64,000 nucleotides of DNA from the NCBI RefSeq assembly GCF_002571385.2, contig NW_019218113.1, forward strand, positions 286,395 through 350,394. The letters are read 5' to 3'. A program made the translations under genes and the position numbers. This DNA comes from Stylophora pistillata. Lineage: Eukaryota. Shown here in pieces: positions 13,536 to 25,600 of this stretch (its first letter is position 1; each line of letters opens with the position of its first letter). Below the pieces are notes generated by a model. The model saw nothing but the letters and a program-made list of their open reading frames with translations, had not been told where the DNA came from and ran no database searches.

Positions 13536-13834
13536 ATATTTATTCATCCAGGCGACATTTCGAACTTTAATCCTCATTTATATCCCTTAAATCATCTATT
13601 AGAATGCACTCAATTAAATACTGGCAGCCAAGGAAGAGATTGATAATTCATAAAATGTTCTATACATTCACCATGTTCACTGCGTGTCAAAAAATTACGC
13701 GAAAAGCACATTGAATCAAAATGAATCTACACTCGTGGATTGATTGTGTAACATAAAAAAAAAAAAATACGCGACATGTTAACAATTGATCACGAGTCGA
13801 GTTTATCTCTTGGTAAATGAAATTTAAATAAATT

Positions 13835-13905
13835 TCGAGGGGTCTGAGTTTCGGGGTCTGAGTTCTCGGGGTCTGAGGTCTGAGGTCTGAGTTTTCGTGA
13901 CACCC
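13835..13905 (-). mobile_element. Terminus of a GGGTGTC-ended element with (CAGACC)n subterminal repeats
   Basis: Same terminal family as the ends at 36677 and 38745. Confidence 0.55.
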
Positions 13906-13973
13906 ATCATTGCACACGGTTCCATATGGTGGCTCATAAGTATGGGGCGCCAAATGTATTTTTATTATTTAGA

Positions 13974-14355
13974 GTGGTTATTTGTATATAAACAAAACAA
14001 GTATGGTTATATGTAAATAACCACATTGCAGTTTGGTTATTTATAATTAACCAAAACGAGACATTGGTTATTTAGCAAATAACCTAAACATCAATGTGGT
14101 TATTTGCCAAATAACCAAAATTGCAAAGTGGTTATTTGCTAAATAACCAAAACTGAAAATTGGTTATTTGCTAAATAACCAAAACTTAAAATTGGTTATT
14201 TGTAAATAACCAAAACTGAAAATTGGTTATGTGCGAAATAACCAAAACCGGAAATTGGTTATTTGTAAGTAACCAAAACTGAAAATTGGTTATTTGCTAA
14301 ATAACCAAAATCATGGAAAATTTGTTATTTAGTGCAAAATTGGTTATTTACCTAA
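13974..14355. repeat. ~30-bp internally palindromic minisatellite (TGGTTATTTG..AAATAACCAAAACTGAAAAT), ~12 copies
   Basis: Each unit contains the inverted pair TGGTTATTT / AAATAACCA. Confidence 0.85.
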
Positions 14356-14428
14356 TTTGGTATGGAGACGTAACAACCACGTGGCCTGTTTTCCCGCTCA
14401 TTTCCCGCTCATTTGCAACGATGAGTTA

Positions 14429-14516
14429 ACCGCCTCCCAGTCAGCTCACTGAATAGAACACTGGACTGTTGTGCGGGAGGTCGAGGGTTCGAGCCCCGGC
14501 CGGGACCAACACTCAA
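14429..14516 (+). mobile_element. tRNA-derived SINE head (isolated)
   Basis: A-box-like CAGCTCACTG and B-box GGTTCGAGCCCC, followed by GGACCAACACTCA; a paralog lies at 29281. Confidence 0.65.
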
Positions 14517-14543
14517 CGTCGATCTCTCTCAACATGGCTTCCA

Positions 14544-15037
14544 ACGATGACGTGGCGGCAAGAATTTCTGCTGCAGTGTGCAATGCACTTAGAAATTCTC
14601 AGCAACAGGTACGTCTCAAGGCAGATCGCTAGCGGTGTGTTGTCTTCCGAAATGTTGAAATGTCTTGTCGTTGTTATTTCCTAGTTCAAAAATAGAAGGA
14701 AGTCTTCCGGAACAGTTTCTATCCTTTCAGAATAGTAAACAATGAGTTTGAAGGAGTTTGATGCTAGATTGTACCCGTAATTTATATTTGGTACACCCTG
14801 GACTGCTGTAGACAAAGAAAAAAACTCTTTTTATTGTGCCGTGGTCTCTTGAGACTTGTAAATAGGAATTTTGGACTTCTTTCTATTTTTGAACTAGGAA
14901 ATAACAACAACAACAAGACATTTCAACAATTCGGAAGACAACACACCGCCAGCCATCTGCCTTGAGACGTACCAGTTGCTGAGAATTTCTAAGCGCATTG
15001 CACCCTGCAGCAGAAATTCTTGCCACCACGTCATCGT
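14544..15037. repeat. Foldback element: ~160-bp inverted arms (14544-14704 / 14874-15037) with a ~170-bp spacer
   Basis: The arms are near-exact reverse complements. The mirrored ORFs (...WRQEFLLQCAMHLEILSN / WWQEFLLQGAMRLEILSN) on opposite strands result from this symmetry. Confidence 0.85.
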
Positions 15038-16601
15038 CGTCTGTACGTTTTTGAGGTTTGGGAAACCCGCGTGAGACACTTAACGGTTTTTAGTATTCTT
15101 TCTCTCTCGCAGAAAATGACTTCAGAGATATTTTTCTCAATGTAAGTCTTGGAACACACAGGTAGATGAATCACTGCGTAAATTATGTCACTATCAACAG
15201 AATGTGCCGCGGCACCGCTATCTTTTGGATAGTATCCATACACTAGTTTCTACGTAATAACTGACGTCATATCCAAGATGGCGTGTTTCTAACCGCGAAA
15301 GTTGCAAGAAAGGGCAACTTAAAAGCGCTGTTGTCGCTAATGCAAGGCAATCTGGACAAAATTGCGTTTATTTCCGAACACCCGTAGAAAAATTCTACTA
15401 ACTGAGCTCATTTTTTTTTCTAGACCGTTCTTTCCACCAGCGAGATGATATAAGCACTCACACAGGTGTTGCTTCACTACCGTACAAGCTGAGTTTTTGA
15501 ACAATCTTTGTCTCCATCGTACTGATCTCTCCAGAAGATTAAAGCAAGGGCGAGTGCAATATGTGGCCTTTTGGGTAAACAAGAATTAAGTTACGAAGTC
15601 GCCCGCGAAAAATTAAATTTCTCAATGGGAAGTTTCTGGTAATTGCAAAAAAAATTTCCTGTTCCGTTGCTTGCAGCACCAATGCAAATGATAAACGACC
15701 AGATTTGTGGCACTTGACTTCTCCCTCGGGAAAAAAAAAAGGATTAAACTTCTGCCGAAGAGCAAACAAAAATTTGTACTAAGAAAGCGAAGCCTGGGAA
15801 TTCTTACTTGACGATGAGGGGGTTCATATTGTCGCGGAGTCCCAAACAAGAATAGGGAATTGTAGAAGCAAAACTATTCACTAAATAATCCAAGATTTCA
15901 CGTAGCCCATTTAATCATTATTGGTAATGACAACTTGTTATCAGAGTGTGTAAGTGAGCCGTGGCGATAATAGCTGGCGAATTATCTTCACGGGAGAGTT
16001 GCAAATTATTGAAGCAGTTGCGAACAGAAAACTCTGGAGGGAGAATCGAGGCTTCATTGAAAATTAACCCTTCCCCAGCTCCTACCAGATACCGGTTATG
16101 CGCTTCCTAATACTGAGCCGAAAGCCTGTAAGTGATGGGTTTTTACCCATTTCATGAATATCATACGATACGAAAAAAATATTCTCAACAGGACTTAGTG
16201 TTGCGACACTTATTATGCATTGTTGATTGCCAGAAGAAACAAACGGGACCTTTATTTTCTCTTGATGTTAATTGACAGAAATATTAATTGGGTGAAATTG
16301 TTCAGCACTCTTTGAACAAAGGCTGATTTTTCTAAAAAGTTAAAACAACTTATATCGCCAATGCAAAAACTATGGGTTACACATTTTACAGTCTTGTATG
16401 CAAAATCGTTTGTCCATTTATGACCAAAACTTATAGAAATATGTAAGAATATATGAGCACTATTTCTTGCCTCGCTTCGCTGTTAAACAGCTTATTTTTT
16501 AGTGTTACTTAATCAGAAAAGAAGTAAAAGTTTATGTAAAATAAGAAAATAGTAGATGATTTTAAAGGGATGCAATATTCATTACTCCATGCGTTCCTGC
16601 C

Positions 16602-19600
16602 TCAGAATTTGCTGGGTTTCTCGGCTAGATCGTCAACGTTAACATAGAGTCCACCGTCGTATTTTTGTAAGTTTATCAGCCCCTGTTAAATACGTGGGAG
16701 AAAACATAATTGAAATTTGCAACAATGATGCATATAAATTATACTAAAGTTTGCTAAGCTTTCAATGGTTAGGGGCGTCCAGATTCTGCTTCGAAAAAGG
16801 TAAAAAGTTGCTAAGAAATATGCCAAAAAGTTGCTCAAAAGTTGGTCAAATTTGAAAAAGTTACTCAAAACTTTGTAAAGTTCCTCGAATACTTTTAACA
16901 CAGCATGTCTAACTTTAATAACAATTGCTTTGTAATCAACATTAAGGTACAACTAAGTAACTAGTTACAACAAATTAGGCAACCTTTAGTTGAATCTAAG
17001 TGGCTAGTTACAAAAAGTTAGACAGAAGTGGGACAATCTGGTTTACAAATCTAGCTAACAGTTGTTTTCGTGCGATAACATTTAACAGTGTAACCACAGA
17101 TTCACAGTCTGGATCTACCAGAAGCGAAAAGCTGCCATTTTGCTTACAGACAGTCCGCTGTCCCAGCCTCGTTCCGAGGGCTTTTCCCTTCTAGTGGGGG
17201 AGGAAGGGGGTTATTCAGCATTTTGGTTCAAAATAGGTTAAATAGCCCAAAAGTTACCAAAAAAGTGCTAGTTTTCCCAAAAGTTGCTAGAAGTTGCTCT
17301 CTGACAAAAAAAGTTGCTCAAAAACCTAAATGTTTCTGAAAAGTTGCCGAACAGAATCTGGATCAGCCTTTATGGAATCTGGAAAGGCCTATGAATGGTG
17401 CCTTATCGTTTTTATTATGTTTGACTCTAGACTGAGCAGGTTGTTGCTACAATTGATATTAGAAAGACCACTTTCAATCGAGTGTTGAAAAACTAAAACC
17501 AATATAATCACAACTACCAATCAAAAAAAAAGATTAACATCGCTATTAACCAATGAGGACTCAAAGTGAAATAAAAAAACCAATCACAGTGCAAAGTAAA
17601 GCAAAACCAATGCAACGCAAGGTCACTGTTCTCTTTCAAAGACTGAAACCATAAACTAAGATTTGAATCTTTATGGTGACGCCGTTACGATCAAAAATGA
17701 CAATTGTAGATTCTAACGATCAAAATTTGTCAACTCTAGAATTCTACCTTATACTGGTTTACCATTTCCTTCAGTTTGTTCCTCAAATTCTCAAAAGATG
17801 GTCTCAGGTTAGGGTCGTATTTCCAACAGTTTGTCATTATGCCATATCTAAAACACAAACATGTCATGAATATCTCAGTGTGTCATTGGAGACAGACACT
17901 CGGCGTCATTACGACAAAAAAAGTTTCGTTTTTTCTTTACAACAACTAAAGGAAATGATGATGATGATGATGATGAGGATGATGATGATGATGAAGATGA
18001 AAAAGTATTTATCACACCACAGGGATAAGCTCGTGATGATGTCCCTCTTTTTTTAATTCCCTTCCGTAGGCTTGTTCAAAAAGTAAAAATTGCGTAATTT
18101 TAAGAGCTATTGACCATAAATATCGAGAATCCGCCGACTATACATCAAAAGAAAGCTTAATAAATGCAGTTTACGAAATTTAGGCGATTTTTTTTGTTTG
18201 GGCATTGTCACGAGCTAGTAAGGTGTGAAACGACGGATAGTCCTTCTGTTGAATTTCTCAGCTGTCTGCTCCCGCAGCACGAGCAAAATGGCTGCACGGT
18301 TTTATTCACAAGGCATCAATCAACTAAAGTATGTCAGGCTTTTCCGATATTCTGATTGGTTGTCTAGATATCCGCATCAAAAGTTAGAGTAGCGTGAAAT
18401 ATGCGAAACGTGTTGCGTAATTGGACACCACGTGAAAAATATTTTAAATATAAGTTTTCTTACCCTCCTTCGTTCGTCATTATCCCGGGAATGTTTAGCA
18501 AAATTCACGAAAATCGGTCAAATCTACATACCCTATAAATTCGGTCAAAGTGGATGAATTCTTCTCAACATCAAACGCGAGATTTTAACCCCTAAAACTT
18601 TCTAAACAACCAGCGCCACAATGGAGATTATCTTGCCTCCTGAAACCGCGAACCGATGGCAAGACGCAACCCTACTGGCGTTATTGACGATGGATCAAGA
18701 TTTTCCCTCGAAAAGTATCGCATAGCAGTCAGGTTTTTTTTATCTCGCCCTGTTGAACGTTGAATAATGGGCAAAGTTGGCAAAGTAAAAACCTGCAGCG
18801 AAAAGGGTAAAGCTGGAGAAACTACTTAAAAGCAAAACAGCGGAATCGACTGCTAAGGAATACCCTTAACGCTGAAATTAGTTCCCTCAGGTAGGCTTAT
18901 TCATGATTTAATACGATTCGAGGCGTTTGCTTATGCTTTTGTATCAAGGCCAGTACTTGCTTATTGAAAGGAAACTTCGTTTTTTACCTCATATACGACA
19001 AATTTAGATTTGATGGCGACTTTTGTTCGAAAGTTGGTTGCCAGCGTGGAGAGAAGTGCCAGTGCTGTTTTTTCCTGACAAAATGGGCCTTTTCTCTCTT
19101 CTTTGAGCCTGTTTTTTCTTTCTCTTTGCCCAAGGACTCCTCGTTAATTTGATATCTGTTTTGTATCCATGAGGAAAGACTTTCCACGAGCAGAGAACTT
19201 CCACGTGTAAATTTTGTCAAGTGCGTGTTGAAAACAAAATATGCAAATAACATGAAATTGCCGCGAATATTTTCCCAGGGGGTTAGCCCCTTTACGAGGC
19301 TATGACACCTTGCTGATTTATTAACTTTTATTAGAAAATTAGTTTTCCTAAATAAGTCGGAGGTTTTTTTAAATTTTTAAATTTTTCTTTTTGTAAACGT
19401 TAGGTTAAAGTTCTAACTTCGATCTAGTCGAATAAAAGAAAAAACGATGTTTTCGACCTCTGAAGGTGGGAAGTAACCTTAAAAGTAACAAAATGGCATA
19501 AAATTTATATTTTCAAAAAGTTAAAAGAACCATCTACTAAAACACAAAATTTAAAAGCGGCCTTGCGTCGCGTCGTGGCGTACGAAATTGCCGAAGTTCC

Positions 19601-22600
19601 ACAATTTTTATGGTGTTACCGGGGGAAAAACGGCCAGCTAAGCCTACCTCGAACTTTCGATTTTTCAATTTTTTGATATTGTAACTGCCAACAAGTCAAG
19701 CTTCAACGCGCACTATTAACTTTATTTGTATTACGGTCGATCGTAGTTGCTAAAGGAACAAATAATTATAAGTTATTACGAAGTACAAGTAGAAAGAATA
19801 GAAAAACGTGAACAGGAAAAGCCAATGAGGCAAGGAAAGACACAAACGTTGTCACGGTATTATTTGTGTACACGAAGAACGGAAAAAACTGAGAGCTGAT
19901 CGTAGTGAAGGTATCGATGTTAATCTAATGGACTCTGACACTCCAGTCCTGAATTTTTACCGAGAAGCTTATACAAAATGAATTTAAACATAGCAAAATT
20001 GCACGAAGAACCTAACGGAACATAAATCACCGTGAGTGAAAGAATGCGAAAAACAATAAGAAAAATGCGCGTGCAAAACACAAAATGTACTTGGGAACGT
20101 AAATAGGATTGCTGCACAAACAAATATAAATATAGAAAAAGGTTCATCAAAAGGATCCTTCGGAAAAAGTAAAAATGAATCACGAAGTTTTGCAACTTTC
20201 GGCGGATTCTCGATATTTATGGTCGGTGGCCCTCGAGGCTTGCATACAACTCGAACAAAATTTACTTAAAGTAGGAAAAATACTACTGTAAGAGAAAATA
20301 AATCAGAAAAAATAACGACAACGCGATACTTACAACGTATCATCCACATGTTGTGGTTTAGGCATTCTGTATCCCTCTTGAAGTGAGTTTGCAATTCTTC
20401 TTCCATCCATCCGTGGATATGGCGAACCACCTGAAAGGGAGTCTCAAGGGTTAACGCACTCTAAATTGAAAGGCCTTACGTATGCAAGAATGTGTCCATA
20501 TAAACACCATCATTTTTGCATAATTATGAATTTTGTCTTTTCCGGCCAAGTCCAACGTCTTTGGCAATCTGAAGAACCCTGGCAATTCCGATAAAAATGA
20601 GCAAAACCGAATTCCCCTAAGAGTGGTAGCTTACCAATCGTGAAAATCTCTTAGAGAAGAACTCCGTAGCTCCACCTGTAAAACAAACGAAACAAAGAGA
20701 ATAAACTCTCTCCTGTGCAAAAACGGGTAATTTGAACATCTCAGGGGGAGAGGAAGGTGGGGAGGGACAGAGTAAACAGATAATTGGAGTTAATTCCTTC
20801 TCACAACGATAATACAATGTGAACATAAGTAAAACCACTCCTTACTGAGATGGTCTTACATTAACAAAATGCAAGACCAAAATGCAAGAATAACCCAATA
20901 ACTTTTCGCAGACCTGAAAACTTTTTGTACAAAACCATTGTTATCAAGCTTAAATGCAATGTCGTCCTTGTACTCACACGTCACTCTTTGTGGAATATTT
21001 TCCATACAGCAAGGCCTCAATGGCAGTCCATTTTACGGGGAGACGCCCCTGAACAAGAAGTAAAATTACAAGAGGTTCGTTGAAGCGCTTACTTTCTGAT
21101 TAAGAGAACAGTGTAATGTGAGGCTCTGAATAACGATTTCTTAGCCTGTTGACTTTTAAAGGTCACTCCGACAAGAAAATAAATTTTCTCTTTAAATTAT
21201 ACGTACCCTGGTTTTTCTTTCATAAATGTTGTCCTCTTGGACATCTCTGGCCATTCCAAAGTCTGTTACTTTGCATGTCTCCCCTTCTCCAACTAACACA
21301 TTACGAGCTGCAAGATCTCGATGAATAACCTTCAAAAAAACGGAAACCATTACTGTTGACAAATTGAGGGACTTAGGGTGACTCAGCTGGCATGGGATAA
21401 GAACTCATTATTAGGCAATGCTTACCAGCGCCTTCTTCTACAACGACGCTGATGAGAATTTAGAGAATAATGATTTTACTCACTGGTATCGATGACAAAT
21501 AGGACATTCCATCAGCGATTTGCCAGGCAAACTTCATCAGCTGCTGTGAAGTCAGATTTGTTTGTGGTTTGATATCTGGGTCTTTGAAGTAAGTGTCATT
21601 CAATCCACGGCTCTTTCTCAGGTAACCCAGCAGATCACCATAGGGAACGTATTCAATCAACACCAACAAAGGTCCTTAGGCAAGACAAAAATTTGATCTA
21701 AATTAATTGGAAGAAACAAAGCATTCAGCGATTTCGAATAAAGTAACTGTAAATGAAAAGGAAAACAAAAAACTACAGTTAAGGGCTAACGATGAGTGTA
21801 ACCGTACTGAAAAGAACAAAACTTAATGGGAAACAAAAACGTTATGGAATTCATGAATTCTTTGCAAAGTCAAGAAAACAAAGTTAACTAGCACTTTATA
21901 GAATCCCTTAAAACTCTGTACAGAACTGACTATAGGGATTTATAGCTTGCTATCGGGAAGCAAGACAGATTATTTTGCTTTGAATTTTCAGGGCCATAGG
22001 CAGTATCCCTCGTCTTAACCTCTCATGGTGAAACTGTAAACTCTGATTCGGAAGTTATAGTTAGATTTTGGTTGCTGCATTTACAGAAACGAAAACATTC
22101 TGCAATCTTTGAAAAATCATGCAAGACATTTCGTTTCAAGAAAATCTAAACATCAAATTCAAAAGGGAAGATTTGGATAGGATTTGGATAGGAATCATGC
22201 CTCTTATGATCTCAGTCGACCTATGTAATAAGCGAATGTTTGCTATGCCCGGTATCAAAACCAAAAGGTTTCAAAATTCCTTCATAATGCACTATGCAGC
22301 AAAAGGGCAAATGTAAATCCAAGTAGGAATCTTATTCTTAATATTTTGAATAGTTCATATTTAGAATTTATTAAGCGTTGGATGTTGTCTTTGAGAATTT
22401 ATTGTCATACAATTTATATTTTTGTAATATAATTATGCTTATATTTTTGTACTATAATTACGCTTATATTTTTGTAATATAATTACGCTTATATTTTTGT
22501 AATATAATTACGCTTTTAAACTATTATAAACTATGTAAATTGCAGAAGTAATTCAGCTACTAGCTGTTAGCAGTGATTTTAATAACAAACGATTTACGAA

Positions 22601-25600
22601 ACAGTTCACAAAGAACAATTTTACTTAGTTGTGCCATGTCACACCACTCAGATACCGCCTTGTCATTTCACCCACTGCCTATTGTTTGACGTTTCGTTTT
22701 ACAGTATCAGTTTGTTTCCCTTAAAACACATTTTCCCGTAGAGGGTCACATATATCTTGTCTTATTATAAAGGTGTCGCTGGAAACTTAGAATTAGAAAT
22801 TAAGAGTGCGTAAAAAAGGGATACGCTTTTCTATGTACCAGATTTGGTGACGCATCCCAAAAGTTTGACCACAAAAAGATGAGGTTTGAGCTGTTTCATC
22901 AACTCAAGCTCAGATAGCAAATCCTTCTTGTCTGATTCAGAAGCATCCCCTACCAAGAGATGCAAAGAATCATTACGCTTCATAAAAAGTGAGTACTGCA
23001 TAAGAAACTACACTTGCAGCACGTGACCAACAGACAACCTGTAAAATCCCTTAGCACCATATGTTGAGCCCGAGAGCAGACGCTCGTGTTTTCGTTTAGC
23101 CTTACATCCTCTTTTCAAGGCACAGCCACTTATTTCACGATCAGTAGCCGCTTATAGAAGAAGTTATTGAAGCCCGCACAAGAGAGAAATTCATCCTCTC
23201 TTGCATGAGACCCCAACCCTCCAAAGATCTATAACAATTTTACCGAGGTTTCAATCCTCGCTAAAGATTGCTTTCGTAGTCTATGAATGGTAGAAACAAA
23301 TCTAACATCATGAAAATGAAATTACATAGCTCCTCTGTTGAAAACTTCCTTTCATCGGGCAAAGAGTAGGAATACATTTTAAAAACAATGACGATCAAAA
23401 GTGCATGAATAACATTGATAAAAACAGTGATGACGCCAAAATAACACCGTCTAACAATCAAACAACGATCCATTGAATTATCTATCTCAGCTAAATGATA
23501 CCTTTTAACATTTTAACAGCAACGCGTATTTCATCAAGACTTCCATGAAGTCCGGTCGCTGTTGCCATGGCAACTTGACCAAAAGCACCTTTACCCACGA
23601 TCTTTTTTATAATTACATTCTTTCTAGGAATCTCCCAACACCGTGTGGATTGATCAAGAGAGGCGTACTCGCTTTTTAGCTCGGGGCGGTGTAATCTGTT
23701 TGTCACTGGGGTATGCGAGCTGTCCTGTGATCGCGTCCTCTCATCCAATTCTGTATACTGGCTTGGCGAATGATCAACCATTTCAAGGGCAGTCTTGTGA
23801 GCAAAAATTTGTTTTAAGAAATATTGACCACCGTATACCTTGCTCCAAAATGATTTGAAACAAACAATCTCCTGCAAACTGAGTCTTAACCATTTGATAC
23901 TTTAGAAATGGATAAAAATTGATACCATATAAGTTGGTTTGATTAAATTTTTATCAGCGTTTTGAAGAACTCAGGTCTTATTATTCAAACAAAGTTTGGA
24001 CGTTGTGTAACGAAACTGCCTTGTAAACCATCTTCAATGAAGTGAACCCTTACATCTAAAAATATATTTTTGTGAACAGTGTCAAGAGGGCGGCAAGCTA
24101 ACAGTGGAAGGACATTTGTTTGATTGATTCAACCCTTCAATCTATAAAACCTGGGGCCCACTAACTGCATACTATGCGGTTCGAGACCGCAGTATGGGTT
24201 AAACCGCGTATAAATATCTAGTCCTTACAATCCAGCTGAAAATTTTGCAAGTACTGGCTGACATTAAAAATGCATAAAAATTCATTTCAAAGCATGCACA
24301 AGACTTACACTCGTAGGGTATCCTCCTTCTTCAGTTAATTGTTCGTATGTTCTAAAACAATACCATAGACATATTGCCTCGCAAACCGAGGGAACAACAT
24401 GCCAGTCATGTTAGATCAAATAAAAAAGCACTGAACACTGGAAGTAACTAGAGCTCTAATCATATCACAACCACCCGTCAGACATTTAGGGCGTTTGTGA
24501 ACATTATGTTCACGGTATTCAGTGAACATCCTCCATGTTACACTGGATTTTTTCCTCAAGAAAAGCTAAACCTAAATACCTGTGCGGTAGTTGCGTAAAA
24601 ATAGAAGAGCTACCAACAAACAATGATTAAGCTACCATGTATTTCGTCTACTAGATCTAAATCTGCGGCACCCATTTAAATTACTGCCTTTAAAAAGCAC
24701 ACACAACCCACAATTCCTCTATTCGCTCCGACGAAGGGCTAACGCTCGAAACGTCAGCTTTTGTAATCATTACGGTGGCCAATTTACCATTTCAACTTTG
24801 TTGATATATCCAAATTATTTCGTTACTCCCACCGACGCAGCCCCAAACAGTTTCTTTCGAAACTATCAGCCTTAAATTATACTGCCACACCTTGTAAGAC
24901 AAAGATAAACAACTGGTGAAAACTTAAGTCAGTCAAGTATGAGATTCAAGCAATATGATCGTTCAATTGTGCAAATCGCTTCAAGACGGGGTTGACAGCT
25001 AAGCCTGGTTTTCATTAGCGACGCAACCTTAACAGGTCTTATTTCACCATGAATACGGCCTCGATGGCCTTTTTATTGAGCTTTCGCTTTCTTCGTCGCA
25101 AGAATAGAAGAAAAAACAGAACTCGAAGACTTAGGGTGTCTGCCACCGCGATCAACGGAGCCTTGACAGTACCTTTTCAACTTTGTTGATATATCCAAAT
25201 TATTTCGTTACTCCCACCGACGCAGCCCCAAACAGTTTCTTTCGAAACTATCAGCCTTTATTCATTTAAATTACTGCCTGTTACAACGGTTCCATGATTA
25301 CTATAAACATTATATGCTTAAGGACTGCTCATAAAATTTGACGAGTATTCTTCGCAGTTAAGTGGTTCCCTTTCTATGTCTTTCAGAAGAATGCATTCGA
25401 AGAGCAAAAAGAAGACTTGAAAAGAATAACCACATCTTTTGTGTTTCAAAGCGAGTGGGAAAACAAGGCACGAAGGGTCAGAAATGAAAAGAGAGGCACT
25501 TAAATTCCCTTAAAGCCTTACCTTTCTCTTTTTTTTGTCCCTGAACGACAAACAGAGAAAAACAAACATTTAGAAAAGTAAAGAGAAAAAGGGAAAGAAC

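Noticed and set aside
13974-14355. CRISPR-like palindromic repeats
   Set aside because: Inter-palindrome segments are only ~8-10 bp and mutually similar, so this is a minisatellite.
14429-14516. Functional tRNA genes here and at 29281
   Set aside because: No clean cloverleaf or acceptor stem, and both continue into the same SINE body sequence.
17673-18056. 127-aa plus-strand ORF with poly-Met
   Set aside because: It is the antisense of kinase exon 18 plus a (GAT)n microsatellite.
24724-24758. Active hammerhead ribozyme
   Set aside because: The core reads CCGACGA instead of CUGANGA and stem III is nearly absent, so it is probably inactive. Kept only as a Penelope-type marker.
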